From contig JBOFHK010000025.1 in NCBI GenBank assembly GCA_051649605.1, forward strand, positions 40,956 to 104,955: a stretch of DNA of 64,000 bases, given 5' to 3'. This document shows, piece by piece, positions 36,485 through 46,297 of this stretch. Positions within the stretch are counted from its first letter, which is position 1; each line of letters starts with the position of its first letter. The notes below the pieces were generated by a model that was given only the letters and a program-made list of their open reading frames with translations, was not told where the DNA came from and searched no databases. Position numbers and translations under genes: made by a program. The stretch comes from Brevinema sp. (GTDB taxonomy: Bacteria > Spirochaetota > Brevinematia > Brevinematales > Brevinemataceae).

Positions 36485-37714
36485 CTAGCCTTTTTTATTT
36501 TTAATTTCTTCATTGGCTTTTCTGAAGATTTGATCCACATCGGTAACAGTACCTTCGATATAAGATTGAAGGGCGTTCTCAAGAACTCCTCCATCCAAGG
36601 CCAAATTGATATTCTCATTTTTAGGCCAAGGACACATCGTAATAGCAATATCTTTAAAAACACTATTAGGATTATCCAGATATTCTTGAGAGTTTTGAAC
36701 TGATATTTTGGAAGGAACATGACCAGCATTCGCCCAATAAGCACCGTGATCAATCAGCCATTGAGCAAACTTAAGAGCTGCTTGTTGTTTATCGCTTGGA
36801 GGATTATTAGAAGCTTTAGGAAAAAAAAGAATATGATTATCCCCCCAAGCTCCCGCTGCGTTCCCAAACATAGCGGGAATAGCTTGTGCAACTACTTGAG
36901 GGCGTTTAGGACGAATTGCCCCTGCCGTCCATACCCCCTCAAAGACGACTGCTACTTTACCTTCCTGCATTAAGTCTGAAGTTACCTGGCTACCTACTCC
37001 CATAAATTTTTTATCGATAGCTGATTTAATTGCATCAAGAGCCTGCTTAGCAATTGGTAGATCAACCTCAAGGAATCCATCTTCGCTAAGATATTTTTTT
37101 CCTCCGAGTTGTCTATACAAACTATACCAAGTCCATATAAGAGCAACGTCGGGATTGTTGATTCCTAAAGGCTGAATATTAGGGAATTTTTCTTGAACTT
37201 CGGCTAATCCTTTCATTAATAAATCCCAGCTATTGGCAATCCATTCCCCTTCAAGATCCACAAGAGAAGTCTCCTTTACATAATCAGGATTATAATACAT
37301 CACCCATCCATGGGTATCCAAAGGTATCCCAAAATTCTTTCCATTGAGAAGAACATTATCAGCAGTCGTTTTAGGAAATTGAAACCAATCAAACTTCCCT
37401 ATTTCTTCAACAGAATAAATATTCCCATAAGAAGGTAAGGTCGCAAGGCGATGAGCATGGGAAGTCGCAATATCTGGAAGGTCGCCGCTCAGATAAGCGG
37501 TAGAAAGTTTAGTATAGTAACTCCCCCAATCAATAACTGTCATCATAACCGATATATCTTCACTTTCCCTATTGAATTTATCAACGAGGTCTTGCATATA
37601 TCCACCATCACCCCCAACAAAAAAACTCCAATACTGAATTTTCTGTTTTCCATCGTTATTCTGACCACAAGTAGTAAAAAGTAATATAAGAAATAAAAAA
37701 TTTATTTTTTTCAT
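36485..37714 (-). CDS. Sugar ABC transporter substrate-binding lipoprotein (family 1)
   Basis: Lipobox LLFTTC; about 410 aa; position upstream of two permease genes. Confidence 0.85.
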   Translation of the reverse strand: MKKINFLFLILLFTTCGQNNDGKQKIQYWSFFVGGDGGYMQDLVDKFNRESEDISVMMTVIDWGSYYTKLSTAYLSGDLPDIATSHAHRLATLPSYGNIYSVEEIGKFDWFQFPKTTADNVLLNGKNFGIPLDTHGWVMYYNPDYVKETSLVDLEGEWIANSWDLLMKGLAEVQEKFPNIQPLGINNPDVALIWTWYSLYRQLGGKKYLSEDGFLEVDLPIAKQALDAIKSAIDKKFMGVGSQVTSDLMQEGKVAVVFEGVWTAGAIRPKRPQVVAQAIPAMFGNAAGAWGDNHILFFPKASNNPPSDKQQAALKFAQWLIDHGAYWANAGHVPSKISVQNSQEYLDNPNSVFKDIAITMCPWPKNENINLALDGGVLENALQSYIEGTVTDVDQIFRKANEEIKNKKG

Positions 37715-37741
37715 AGAAGATTCCTTTGATTAAATTATTGT

Positions 37742-39535
37742 TTAGATTGTTCGTTTTTTATTTAAAACAGAAGCAATCCATACCATATCAAATTTAGGTT
37801 GGTGATTATGATCCAAAAGACCGTTGATTTCTTGTTGTACATCTGTTAACTGGGTATAACAAATACCACTAATATAAGGTAAAGCAAAAAATGCATCGTG
37901 GAGCTTTTCAAATCGGGAATAGAATTCTTCTAGATTTTCTGCTGCATTACCATAGCCCCAATCACTATCTGAATATTCTGAAGTCCTAAAAGCGATACCC
38001 CCATATTCCGAAATGTGAACTGGTTCGCCATGATAGGCAAATCCTTGAGCGTAAAGACGTTTTCTCACTTGGGTCGGTGGAAAATCTGGGTTCAATTCTT
38101 CTATAGAGAGGGGGTAGGTACTATGGATCATACCTGCATCTTGTTCATAATCGTGAATCGTAAGAATATCACTAATGGTGTGCTCCCAGCCATCATTACT
38201 AATAACAGGCCGTCGCTGTTCATCAAGAGCAAGGATCATTTCTCGCGCTGCAAGAGTTAATTGTTGTTGCCGTTGATTATTAAGAATATTAGGAACTCCC
38301 CAAGATTCATTAAACGGAGTCCATACAACCACACAAGGATGATTAGCATGACGACGTATGAGAGCTTGAATTTCTGTTAATAAATTTTCTACTGCAAAGG
38401 TATCATAACTATAAGAGCTTGCCATTTCTGCCCAGCATAATAATCCCTCTCGATCACAAAGATAAAGATAACGAGCACTTTCTGATTTTTGGTGGATGCG
38501 TTGACCATTAAAGCCCATTTCTTTGATTAAACGAATATCGTGTAAAAATTCTTCTTCTGTTCCTGTGAGCAAACCATCACCATAGTAACCTTGATTAAGA
38601 ACTAATTTTTGGAAATAAGGGCGACCATTAAGGTACATTTGATTACCAATAATTTCTACATTACGATAACCAAAATAAGATTTGACTTCATCATGCCCAC
38701 AAGAACTAACTAACGATAGAACTGCGGAACACAAATTCGGATGCTCAGGACTCCAAAGGGGTACTTCAAATCCAATATCGTGAATATTAATACGAAAACG
38801 AACAAGATTATTATAACTTGTAGAAGAAAATCGACATTTTAAAGTTTTTTGGTAAGAATTACCAAGACGTTCGCTATTCATTTCTCCGCTAATATCTAAA
38901 TGAAATACCGCATTATGAGCATCTGGTCCTTCGATCTCGGCAATACATTCTAATTCTCCTAAAGTAACGTGAGGAATAAAGCGAAATGATTTTATATAAG
39001 TATGGGGCATCGATTCTAACCACACGCTCTGCCAAATACCTGTATTTTGAGTATACCAACAAGCAAAATTTTGATTTATCAAGCTTTGTTTACCCATAGG
39101 ATGGCGAGGGCTAGAACAATCTTCAACACGAATAACAATAAGATTCATTCCTAATTGAACATAAGGACTAATATCTAAAGTAATAGTGTTATAGCCCCCT
39201 TTGTTAGTCCCAACAGCTTGTCCATTAATAAATATTGTCGTTTCATAATCAGAAGCACCAATATGAAGAACTATTTTATTATTTTTCCAAGATTCTGAAA
39301 TATCGACAAAACGACGATACCAAACAATAGAGGAGGATTCCTGAGTATCAACCCCAGAACGGAGACTTTGATAAACATAAGGGACGGTGATTGTTAAGTT
39401 TTTCCCCCATATATTTCCAAGATAATATTGATTGACTAAGCCTTGATTATTTTTATCCAAACAGAAATCCCAAGAACCATCAAGTATTATAATGTTTTTT
39501 CGTTCTGATTGAGGATTGGGGTGTTGTATTGCCAT
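37742..39535 (-). CDS. Glycoside hydrolase family 2 enzyme
   Basis: GH2 architecture with FNESWG (acid/base region) and HISEYGG (nucleophile region). Substrate not assignable by eye. Confidence 0.8.
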   Translation of the reverse strand: MAIQHPNPQSERKNIIILDGSWDFCLDKNNQGLVNQYYLGNIWGKNLTITVPYVYQSLRSGVDTQESSSIVWYRRFVDISESWKNNKIVLHIGASDYETTIFINGQAVGTNKGGYNTITLDISPYVQLGMNLIVIRVEDCSSPRHPMGKQSLINQNFACWYTQNTGIWQSVWLESMPHTYIKSFRFIPHVTLGELECIAEIEGPDAHNAVFHLDISGEMNSERLGNSYQKTLKCRFSSTSYNNLVRFRINIHDIGFEVPLWSPEHPNLCSAVLSLVSSCGHDEVKSYFGYRNVEIIGNQMYLNGRPYFQKLVLNQGYYGDGLLTGTEEEFLHDIRLIKEMGFNGQRIHQKSESARYLYLCDREGLLCWAEMASSYSYDTFAVENLLTEIQALIRRHANHPCVVVWTPFNESWGVPNILNNQRQQQLTLAAREMILALDEQRRPVISNDGWEHTISDILTIHDYEQDAGMIHSTYPLSIEELNPDFPPTQVRKRLYAQGFAYHGEPVHISEYGGIAFRTSEYSDSDWGYGNAAENLEEFYSRFEKLHDAFFALPYISGICYTQLTDVQQEINGLLDHNHQPKFDMVWIASVLNKKRTI

Positions 39536-39544
39536 ATAAACTCC

Positions 39545-39587
39545 TTAATTACAATAATATTGTAATTAATAAATACTTGTATTTATT
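39545..39587. promoter_or_regulatory. Two adjacent perfect palindromes in the GH2 operon leader (candidate operators)
   Basis: TTAATTACAATA-A-TATTGTAATTAA (39545-39569) and AATAAATAC-TT-GTATTTATT (39568-39587). The half-site ATTACAATA recurs at 39723-39731, in front of the regulator gene. Confidence 0.5.
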
Positions 39588-39636
39588 GTTTTTGCACTGT
39601 ACAATAGTAGAATATAGTACTTATATTCTATAAATT

Positions 39637-39664
39637 ATTATAGCATTTATAATTTATAAGTCAA
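39637..39664 (-). promoter_or_regulatory. Candidate sigma70-type promoter of the GH2-ABC operon
   Basis: On the minus strand: TTGACT, 16 nt, TATAAT. Confidence 0.55.
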
Positions 39665-39745
39665 CATACCCTATAAAACATTTAAAAAACACACTATATA
39701 TAACAAATATAATAATTTAAATATTACAATATTATTGGAGTATAT

Positions 39746-40705
39746 ATGAAAGAGAAAAAAAATAAAAAATCTTTGTACGAACGACAAATTAACTTAGATA
39801 TTTCTTATTTTGAACACTGTCGACGTTTGGAACAAATTTCCCGAGCTTTATCTACGGAAATCCGTATGAAAATGCTCAGCCTCCTACACTCTCAATCGAT
39901 GTCTCCTTCCGAACTGATGACCTATTTTCAAATACCTTTATCTTCTATTGTGTTTAATCTCCAACTATTAGAAGAAGCAGGGCTAATTGTTATCCAAAAA
40001 TCTATCGGTAAGAAAAAAAGTAGGAGTGTCGCTGCCACAACAATCGATATGATCACAATTACGGTAAGAAATACTGCTTCTTTCCTCAAACACCAAAGCC
40101 TGCAAATCGAAATGCCCATTGGTGATTATTTTGAATGTTCGGTATTTCCTTCCTGCGGAATGGCGGATGAGAGAGGTATTATTGAAGCATTGGATGATCC
40201 GAGAGTATTTTATTCTATCCAGCGAAAAAATGCCCAATTGATTTGGTTTCAGCAAGGGACTATTGAATATCGTTTTCCCAATAATTTTGCTTGTATTCAA
40301 GAAAATACTATAAAAAAACTCTCGTTTTCTATGGAGTTATGTTCTGAAATTTCTGGATTTTCAGATATATGGCCTTCCGATATTGGAATTACTATTAATG
40401 GGAAAAAAGCAACTCTTTATCATTCACCAGGGGATTTCGGTGCTCGAAGGGGTAAGCTTACCCCAGAATTTTGGGGATATGGAGCAACACAATATGGATT
40501 ATTAAAAACTTTCTCTTTTACAGAAGAGGGGGTATTTATCGATGAACATTTGATCGAAGATTCTCCTAAATTAGAAGAATTTCAGATCAATAAAGGAATG
40601 TATATCTCCTTAGCCATAGAAGCGTCTCATCCTGGAGGAATCAATTTATTTGGGAATCGTTACGGAGATCACCCACAACATATTATTATGAGCTTGGAAT
40701 ATTGA
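39746..40705 (+). CDS. ArsR-family winged-helix regulator with a ~220-aa C-terminal domain of unknown function
   Basis: The N-terminal ISRALSTEIRMKMLSLL...PLSSIVFNLQLLEEAGLI is ArsR/SmtB-like. Transcribed divergently from the GH2 operon. Confidence 0.7.
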   Translation: MKEKKNKKSLYERQINLDISYFEHCRRLEQISRALSTEIRMKMLSLLHSQSMSPSELMTYFQIPLSSIVFNLQLLEEAGLIVIQKSIGKKKSRSVAATTIDMITITVRNTASFLKHQSLQIEMPIGDYFECSVFPSCGMADERGIIEALDDPRVFYSIQRKNAQLIWFQQGTIEYRFPNNFACIQENTIKKLSFSMELCSEISGFSDIWPSDIGITINGKKATLYHSPGDFGARRGKLTPEFWGYGATQYGLLKTFSFTEEGVFIDEHLIEDSPKLEEFQINKGMYISLAIEASHPGGINLFGNRYGDHPQHIIMSLEY

Positions 40706-40723
40706 TGTATACCAAGCTCATAA
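40686..40723 (+). terminator. Hairpin spanning the regulator stop codon (possible terminator)
   Basis: 12-bp stem ttatgagcttgg / ccaagctcataa. No clear T-run. Confidence 0.35.
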
Positions 40724-40773
40724 TAATATTAAGATCGACGAATATATTGACAAATATATTTAAAGAAAGAATA

Positions 40774-42060
40774 TTATTTATTTGACTCTTCTTCTAGTGC
40801 CTGCTTATCAGCAAGCCGAAAGAACGGAAAATAGATTATTGTACTCACAATCAAACAAACTAATTGTAAAAAACCTGCCTTAGGCCCCCCAATAATTAGG
40901 CCGCCAATTAAAATCGGTGTCGTCCATGGAATTAATATCGATCCAAAAGGTGGTAAAAATCCTGTTGCTATCGCAGTATAGATAATCAAAGATGAGGATA
41001 AAGGAGCTAGAATAAAAGGAATAAACATATAAGGATTAAAAACAATAGGAGTGCCAAATAAAACTGGTTCGTTAATATTAAATAAGCCAGGAAGAAGGGA
41101 CAGTTTACCTAATTCTTTATAATGAGAAGATCTCGCTCGAAAAACCATCAAGAGTACTAAACCTAAAGTAAAACCTGATCCTGTTACTGTAATGTATTGA
41201 TCCAGATATTGTGCCGTAACAATATAAGCATTTTCTCCAGCGATTAATACTTGAGCGTCATCTATTAGTTTTTGGTTGGCGATACCATTTGCCATGAGAA
41301 TAGGACTTAAAATCCCAGAAATAATTATAGCACCGTGAATCCCTGCCCACCACAATAAAGATATAATTACTGGAATCAAAAACGCCCCCACTAAGGAAGA
41401 AGAAAGACCTTGCAAGGGGGTTTGAAGTACTTCATAAACTAATTCTAAAAATGTTTGGTTAAAGACCACTTTAAAAAATACAAATAATATCGCCATCATC
41501 GTAATAATAATCATAAAAGGAATAAGATTACTAAAAGCGATGGCAACTCCTGGAGGGACTCCGTCAGGAAGAGTAATCTTTAAATTATTTTTGAGACATA
41601 GAGAATAGACATAACCTACAAACAATCCCATAATAATCGCTCCAATCATGCCTTTACCTCCTAAAAACTCTTTAGGAAAAACAGAAGAAATTATCGTATC
41701 ATCAACATTAATAAAATGGCTATTCACAATTAAGAAACAAACAATAGCTAACATTCCAGCAGGTACAGCATAAAATCCTTCATTTTTTACATAAGTATAT
41801 GTAATACCAAAGACTGCAATAATCGCCAAGATATCGAAGGTAGAACCTACAACTTGGTAAAATACCGTATCCCACCCCGCTCCAAAAATATTAGCCATAA
41901 ATTGCTGGTACCCAGGAATAGGGATATTGGCAATCAGCAGAAAAACTGATCCCACAAGAGTAAAAGGCATGACTGTAATAACGCCATCTTTAATAGCTGT
42001 AACCGATTTAGAAGCCGCGAAAGCATTGGTATAACCTAATATTCGATCTAAATTTTTCAT
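40774..42060 (-). CDS. PTS lactose/cellobiose-family EIIC permease (orphan; no adjacent IIA/IIB)
   Basis: N-terminal FAASKSVTAIKDGVITVMPFTLVGSVFLLIAN and a polytopic profile typical of CelB/ChbC. Confidence 0.85.
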   Translation of the reverse strand: MKNLDRILGYTNAFAASKSVTAIKDGVITVMPFTLVGSVFLLIANIPIPGYQQFMANIFGAGWDTVFYQVVGSTFDILAIIAVFGITYTYVKNEGFYAVPAGMLAIVCFLIVNSHFINVDDTIISSVFPKEFLGGKGMIGAIIMGLFVGYVYSLCLKNNLKITLPDGVPPGVAIAFSNLIPFMIIITMMAILFVFFKVVFNQTFLELVYEVLQTPLQGLSSSLVGAFLIPVIISLLWWAGIHGAIIISGILSPILMANGIANQKLIDDAQVLIAGENAYIVTAQYLDQYITVTGSGFTLGLVLLMVFRARSSHYKELGKLSLLPGLFNINEPVLFGTPIVFNPYMFIPFILAPLSSSLIIYTAIATGFLPPFGSILIPWTTPILIGGLIIGGPKAGFLQLVCLIVSTIIYFPFFRLADKQALEEESNK

Positions 42061-42127
42061 TATTGTACTCCTATATAAAATATAATCCTTATGATAGTAT
42101 AGACTTTATATAAAAAAAATCAATCCC

Positions 42128-42175
42128 AAAACAACACTCTCTAAGAAACTACAATTACTTAGAGAGTGTTGTTTT
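42128..42175 (-). terminator. Terminator after the DeoR-family gene
   Basis: 18-bp hairpin aaaacaacactctctaag / cttagagagtgttgtttt. Confidence 0.6.
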
Positions 42176-42293
42176 ACTATAATAAACGATGGTGATTTAT
42201 CCTAAAAATTTTTATTAGGCAGGGTTTTATTTAAGAACCCAAACTATCGTCTATTTGATATTAAAATATTGACACCTAAAATAGGGATTTTAA

Positions 42294-43022
42294 TTATACT
42301 TTCCCTAAAATAATATTAATATTTTGGTTTTGTAATTCTTGGTGGTGGTGTTCTGAAATATCTTCTGTCGTAATAACACTATGAATCAGATCAATAGGCA
42401 TCAGTACAAAAGGTTTACTTATCCCAAATTTAGATTTATCGGCAAGTAAAACCACCTGCTGGGCTTGTTGGGCAAAAACCTCTTCTGAATATTTATTGGA
42501 AGGAACGCCGTGATAGACACCCCTTGCAGGGTCAACACCCGAACCACTAATAAACATTTTAGAAATATTTACATTAGGAAGTTGATCCGTATCAAGTAAA
42601 GAAAAGCAATTATTCGTTCGCTGATAAAAACCTCCAATCACCACTACAACAATATGGGCAAATTCTTTTAATCCTTCAATCACATAAAAAGAGTTCGTGA
42701 AGACTACTAAATTTTGAAAATGTTTTAAATAACCACACATAGTCGCAACCGTTTTCCCAGGGCCTAAAAAAATCGAATCTCCTTCATTGATTAGTTTAAC
42801 CGCCTCTTGGGCAATAATATGAAAATCCGAATACTGTTCTTCACAGGGATTTTCGTATCGTTTGATTCCTCCGTAGATATAGCTTGCTTTATTTTCGTTG
42901 ACAAGCTCATCTGTGATTTTACGGATCGTTGGTAAAGATAAATTACAAATCTTAGATAATTCTTTATGAGAAATTCTCTTATTCTCTAAAATAATATGGT
43001 ATATTTTTTCTTTTTTGGACAT
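42294..43022 (-). CDS. ulaR: DeoR/GlpR-family transcriptional repressor (UlaR-like)
   Basis: N-terminal wHTH (ISHKELSKICNLSLPTIRKITDEL) plus a sugar-phosphate-binding DeoR C-terminal domain. Last gene of the ula operon. Confidence 0.7.
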   Translation of the reverse strand: MSKKEKIYHIILENKRISHKELSKICNLSLPTIRKITDELVNENKASYIYGGIKRYENPCEEQYSDFHIIAQEAVKLINEGDSIFLGPGKTVATMCGYLKHFQNLVVFTNSFYVIEGLKEFAHIVVVVIGGFYQRTNNCFSLLDTDQLPNVNISKMFISGSGVDPARGVYHGVPSNKYSEEVFAQQAQQVVLLADKSKFGISKPFVLMPIDLIHSVITTEDISEHHHQELQNQNINIILGKV

Positions 43023-43048
43023 AGGTACTTTCTATATATTTTATATTT

Positions 43049-43903
43049 TTATTTTAAATGATAGTAAACATTTTTCATTTTTTGTATAATAAAATCTTTT
43101 GATTTTATTATATTTTCTTTATAATTATCATCCAAAGCCCACAATTCTAACACAAAAGATCCTTGATAATTTAAGCTCTTTAATACCCTAAAAATTCGTT
43201 CAAAATCAACGCTCCCCTCACCAAGTATAAGGTCTCTAAACTGTCCTGGAAAATCAGGAGTAACAGGTAAGGTGTCTTTTAGATGAATTGCAGAAATTTG
43301 AGAAATATATTCGGTTAATTCTTGGGAGACATTATCACCCCATGCGGTCATATTTCCAATATCAGGATAAACAGTAAGCCAAGGAGAATAAATCTCTTTA
43401 GTAATCTCTGCATAACGGTGAATAGAATTGATAAAAGGAGAATCCATAATTTCTATCGAAAGCATAATTTGACGGGCAGCAGCTTTTTCCACAGCAATCA
43501 TCAGCTCATCTTTAAATTGAGATCTCGATTGAGGAGTACTTTCTTCATAATAAACATCATAGCCTGCAAGTTGAATATTTCTAATCCCAAAATGAAGAGC
43601 AAAGTCTAAGGCTCGATCAAAAATCCAACGTGCTTTTTTGACATTATCTTTGTTAGCAGAGCCAAAAGGATAACGTCGGTGTCCACTAAGGCACATAGAA
43701 AGAATTGGTAAGTTGAGATCCTGTGATAATACCATAAGTTCACGTTTTTGCTGTAACGTCCATTCCAATCGAGCGAGCTTTTCATCACTTTCATCAATAG
43801 AAATTTCCATAAAATCAAAGCCTAGTTCTTTAGCAATCCTTAAGCGTTCTTCCCATGATACCTCTTTAGGGATCGCTTTTTCATAAAGACCTATCCAAGT
43901 CAT
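43049..43903 (-). CDS. ulaE: L-ribulose-5-phosphate 3-epimerase
   Basis: Xylose-isomerase-like TIM barrel with a GLYEKA...W..RL..AKELGFDFMEISIDE N-terminus as in UlaE/SgbU. Confidence 0.88.
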   Translation of the reverse strand: MTWIGLYEKAIPKEVSWEERLRIAKELGFDFMEISIDESDEKLARLEWTLQQKRELMVLSQDLNLPILSMCLSGHRRYPFGSANKDNVKKARWIFDRALDFALHFGIRNIQLAGYDVYYEESTPQSRSQFKDELMIAVEKAAARQIMLSIEIMDSPFINSIHRYAEITKEIYSPWLTVYPDIGNMTAWGDNVSQELTEYISQISAIHLKDTLPVTPDFPGQFRDLILGEGSVDFERIFRVLKSLNYQGSFVLELWALDDNYKENIIKSKDFIIQKMKNVYYHLK

Positions 43904-43906
43904 AAG

Positions 43907-44554
43907 CTACCACCATTTATTCATTTCTTCTTTGAAGGCTCGCGCTTCTCCAATGGGATCCAAAGCATCTCTTAGCGTTCTCCCAACAATAAACGCTTTA
44001 ATTGGTATCCCTTGGAATAGGTGGAGATCCAAAATTTCTAATCCCCCTGTTACAGAAACTTCAAATCCCATTTCCGAAAGTCTTGCGATTTTATCAATAT
44101 CTTCTTTACCCCAATTTCGACCAGCTGCTTGAGCATCTCTTCCACGATGATAGATTGCCTGCTTTATTCCTATGTTACGCCACTGGGCAGCCTCTTCAAA
44201 AGTCCAGTTACCAAATAATTCTGCTTGAATATCCCCCTTAGGGTATTTCCGAGCTTCTTTGAGAGCTGTTTCAAATGTTGCTGTCGGTGCAGCACAGATT
44301 ACCGTCATCCAGTTTGCACCATTTTCTCCAATCATCGTTTTAGCAAGTAAAGCTCCCGCATCAGCAACTTTAATATCAGAAACAATAATATGATCTGGAT
44401 ATAATGCCCTTAAGGCTCGTAATGCCTGCGTCCCTGCTGTTGTCATTAGTACTGTTCCTGCCTCAATAACGTCAATTTCGGTAGCAAGAATACGGGTGCT
44501 TTCTAAAGCTTCTTCTAAAGAAGTGTTGTCTAAGGCTAGTTGTAGTAATGGCAT
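43907..44554 (-). CDS. ulaD: 3-keto-L-gulonate-6-phosphate decarboxylase
   Basis: LQLALDN, IVSDIKVADAG and HRGRDAQAAG closely match my recollection of E. coli UlaD. Confidence 0.9.
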   Translation of the reverse strand: MPLLQLALDNTSLEEALESTRILATEIDVIEAGTVLMTTAGTQALRALRALYPDHIIVSDIKVADAGALLAKTMIGENGANWMTVICAAPTATFETALKEARKYPKGDIQAELFGNWTFEEAAQWRNIGIKQAIYHRGRDAQAAGRNWGKEDIDKIARLSEMGFEVSVTGGLEILDLHLFQGIPIKAFIVGRTLRDALDPIGEARAFKEEMNKWW

Positions 44555-44563
44555 ATTTTTCTC

Positions 44564-44842
44564 CTAAATCAAGCCCTGAGATTTTATGGCATCTTCAATC
44601 TCTACTTCAGAAAGAAGATTTTTTAACCCTATCACTTTGGTGGTATCCTTAACCTTAAAATTATCCACTAATACCAGTGAGCAAAAAATAACATCATAAT
44701 TATTTGCTACCGATTTTGCTTCTCCAACACTCATATGATCAATAGAGGCTACTAATCCTAGTTTGGTAAACACTTTATTAATTTTCATTTTAATCATTTG
44801 GCTAGAACCCATCCCACTCACACAAGATACTAGTACTTTCAT
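44564..44842 (-). CDS. ulaB: PTS ascorbate-family EIIB
   Basis: MKVLVSCVSGMGSS phosphocysteine loop. The ATG at 44842 follows a GGAGAG RBS. Confidence 0.88.
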   Translation of the reverse strand: MKVLVSCVSGMGSSQMIKMKINKVFTKLGLVASIDHMSVGEAKSVANNYDVIFCSLVLVDNFKVKDTTKVIGLKNLLSEVEIEDAIKSQGLI

Positions 44843-44854
44843 TGATCTCTCCAA

Positions 44855-46276
44855 TTATATATTCTCATTTCTCCAATAGTTTGCTTTATTACGTTGATAT
44901 TGAAGCTGTGGAATAATCAACATAAGAATAATAGTAACAATAGCTCCGATCACAGGGCTAATTCTTAGAGCTACCCCAACTGCTGGCCAGAACGTTGAAA
45001 AATCAATATTTCCATGCCAACCTCCAAATTGATACAGCTGGAAATACCAAGCGGCAAACGCTCCACCAAAGACTTGAAGCACCCCACAAATAAACGGTAA
45101 GATTGTTGCAGCTTTAACTCCTCCTCTTTTGTTAGCATATACAGCGATTGTTGCATTATCAAAAAATAAGGGGACAAAACCAGGAATAATCATAATCGGT
45201 GATTGAAATACCAAAAGTCCAACAATAGCAATAAATTGTCCCATTGCCCCTAAAATAAATCCCCATAAGACTGCATTAGGATGAGAAAAACCATAAGTTG
45301 CCGCACAATCCACCCCAGGCATTACACCAGGAAGAAGTTTTTCGGAGATTCCTTGGAAAGATTCTGTCATTTCGGAAACGAACATTCTGACTCCTTGTCG
45401 GAGAATTGTTAAATAAACTGCAAACAATAAGGATTTTGATAATATATAGGTAGGAAAAGCAATAGTTGAAGCAAATCCTGGATCTAAAGATCTCATATAT
45501 TCTTCACCCAAAATACCCATAATTATTCCAAAGAAAATTAACATTAAAACCCCTGTAGCCACCACAGTATCATTAAACATACTAAGCCAACCAGGTAGGG
45601 TAATATGTTCTAGTCCTTCATCAGGGCTTCCAAGTTTAGGGGCAATTTTATCCGTTGCCCAAACAGCAAATTGCTGTTGGTGTCCCAAGGCAAAACCTGC
45701 GTTATCAGTAAGATGTTCGGTTGCTTCTACCGTTAAATTAGAAGATACCGCCCAATATGTACCTACTAATAATCCAACTAAAACAGCTCCCGTAGTATTT
45801 CTTAAGAAAGGAGCAGCAAAAAATACAATCCACGTTACCGTTGTTGCCTGTTGAACCATAATATGTCCCGTAACAAATAATACTCTCAGTTTTGTTAATT
45901 TACGGAAGGCAACCAAAAGAATATTCCAAAAAAAGCCTACTAAAAGTGCTGCAAGGGTAAAAGAAGTAACAACCCCTATACTTTCTAAAGCAGCATTTAC
46001 AGCATTCAAACCAAAATAAGGATCAATCACCGCTGCATTCAAATTGAAGCGTCCATTTAATCCCGCTAAAATAGGGCGAAAGGTAGAAACCAAGCCTCCA
46101 GCACCTACATTCAAAATCATATAACCTACGGTTGCCTTAATGAATCCACCGAAGGATTCATACCAAGGTTTACCTAGAAGTATATAGCCAACTAACACAA
46201 TAAGGCCAATAAAAAACTCAGGTTTTGTAAGAATGTTATTTGTAAAAAAATTAAAAATTTGCAATAGTACTTCCAT
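44855..46276 (-). CDS. ulaA: PTS ascorbate-family EIIC
   Basis: About 470-aa polytopic protein. The N-terminus (MEVLLQIFNFFTNNIL...IGLIVLVGYILLGK) resembles UlaA/SgaT. Confidence 0.9.
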   Translation of the reverse strand: MEVLLQIFNFFTNNILTKPEFFIGLIVLVGYILLGKPWYESFGGFIKATVGYMILNVGAGGLVSTFRPILAGLNGRFNLNAAVIDPYFGLNAVNAALESIGVVTSFTLAALLVGFFWNILLVAFRKLTKLRVLFVTGHIMVQQATTVTWIVFFAAPFLRNTTGAVLVGLLVGTYWAVSSNLTVEATEHLTDNAGFALGHQQQFAVWATDKIAPKLGSPDEGLEHITLPGWLSMFNDTVVATGVLMLIFFGIIMGILGEEYMRSLDPGFASTIAFPTYILSKSLLFAVYLTILRQGVRMFVSEMTESFQGISEKLLPGVMPGVDCAATYGFSHPNAVLWGFILGAMGQFIAIVGLLVFQSPIMIIPGFVPLFFDNATIAVYANKRGGVKAATILPFICGVLQVFGGAFAAWYFQLYQFGGWHGNIDFSTFWPAVGVALRISPVIGAIVTIILMLIIPQLQYQRNKANYWRNENI

Positions 46277-46297
46277 AATTCAGCACCTCCTATATAA

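Noticed and set aside
36337-36753. 138-aa minus-strand ORF spanning the junction of the ABC permease and binding-protein genes
   Set aside because: It is out of frame with, and overlaps, two well-supported transporter genes on the same strand, and it has no RBS.
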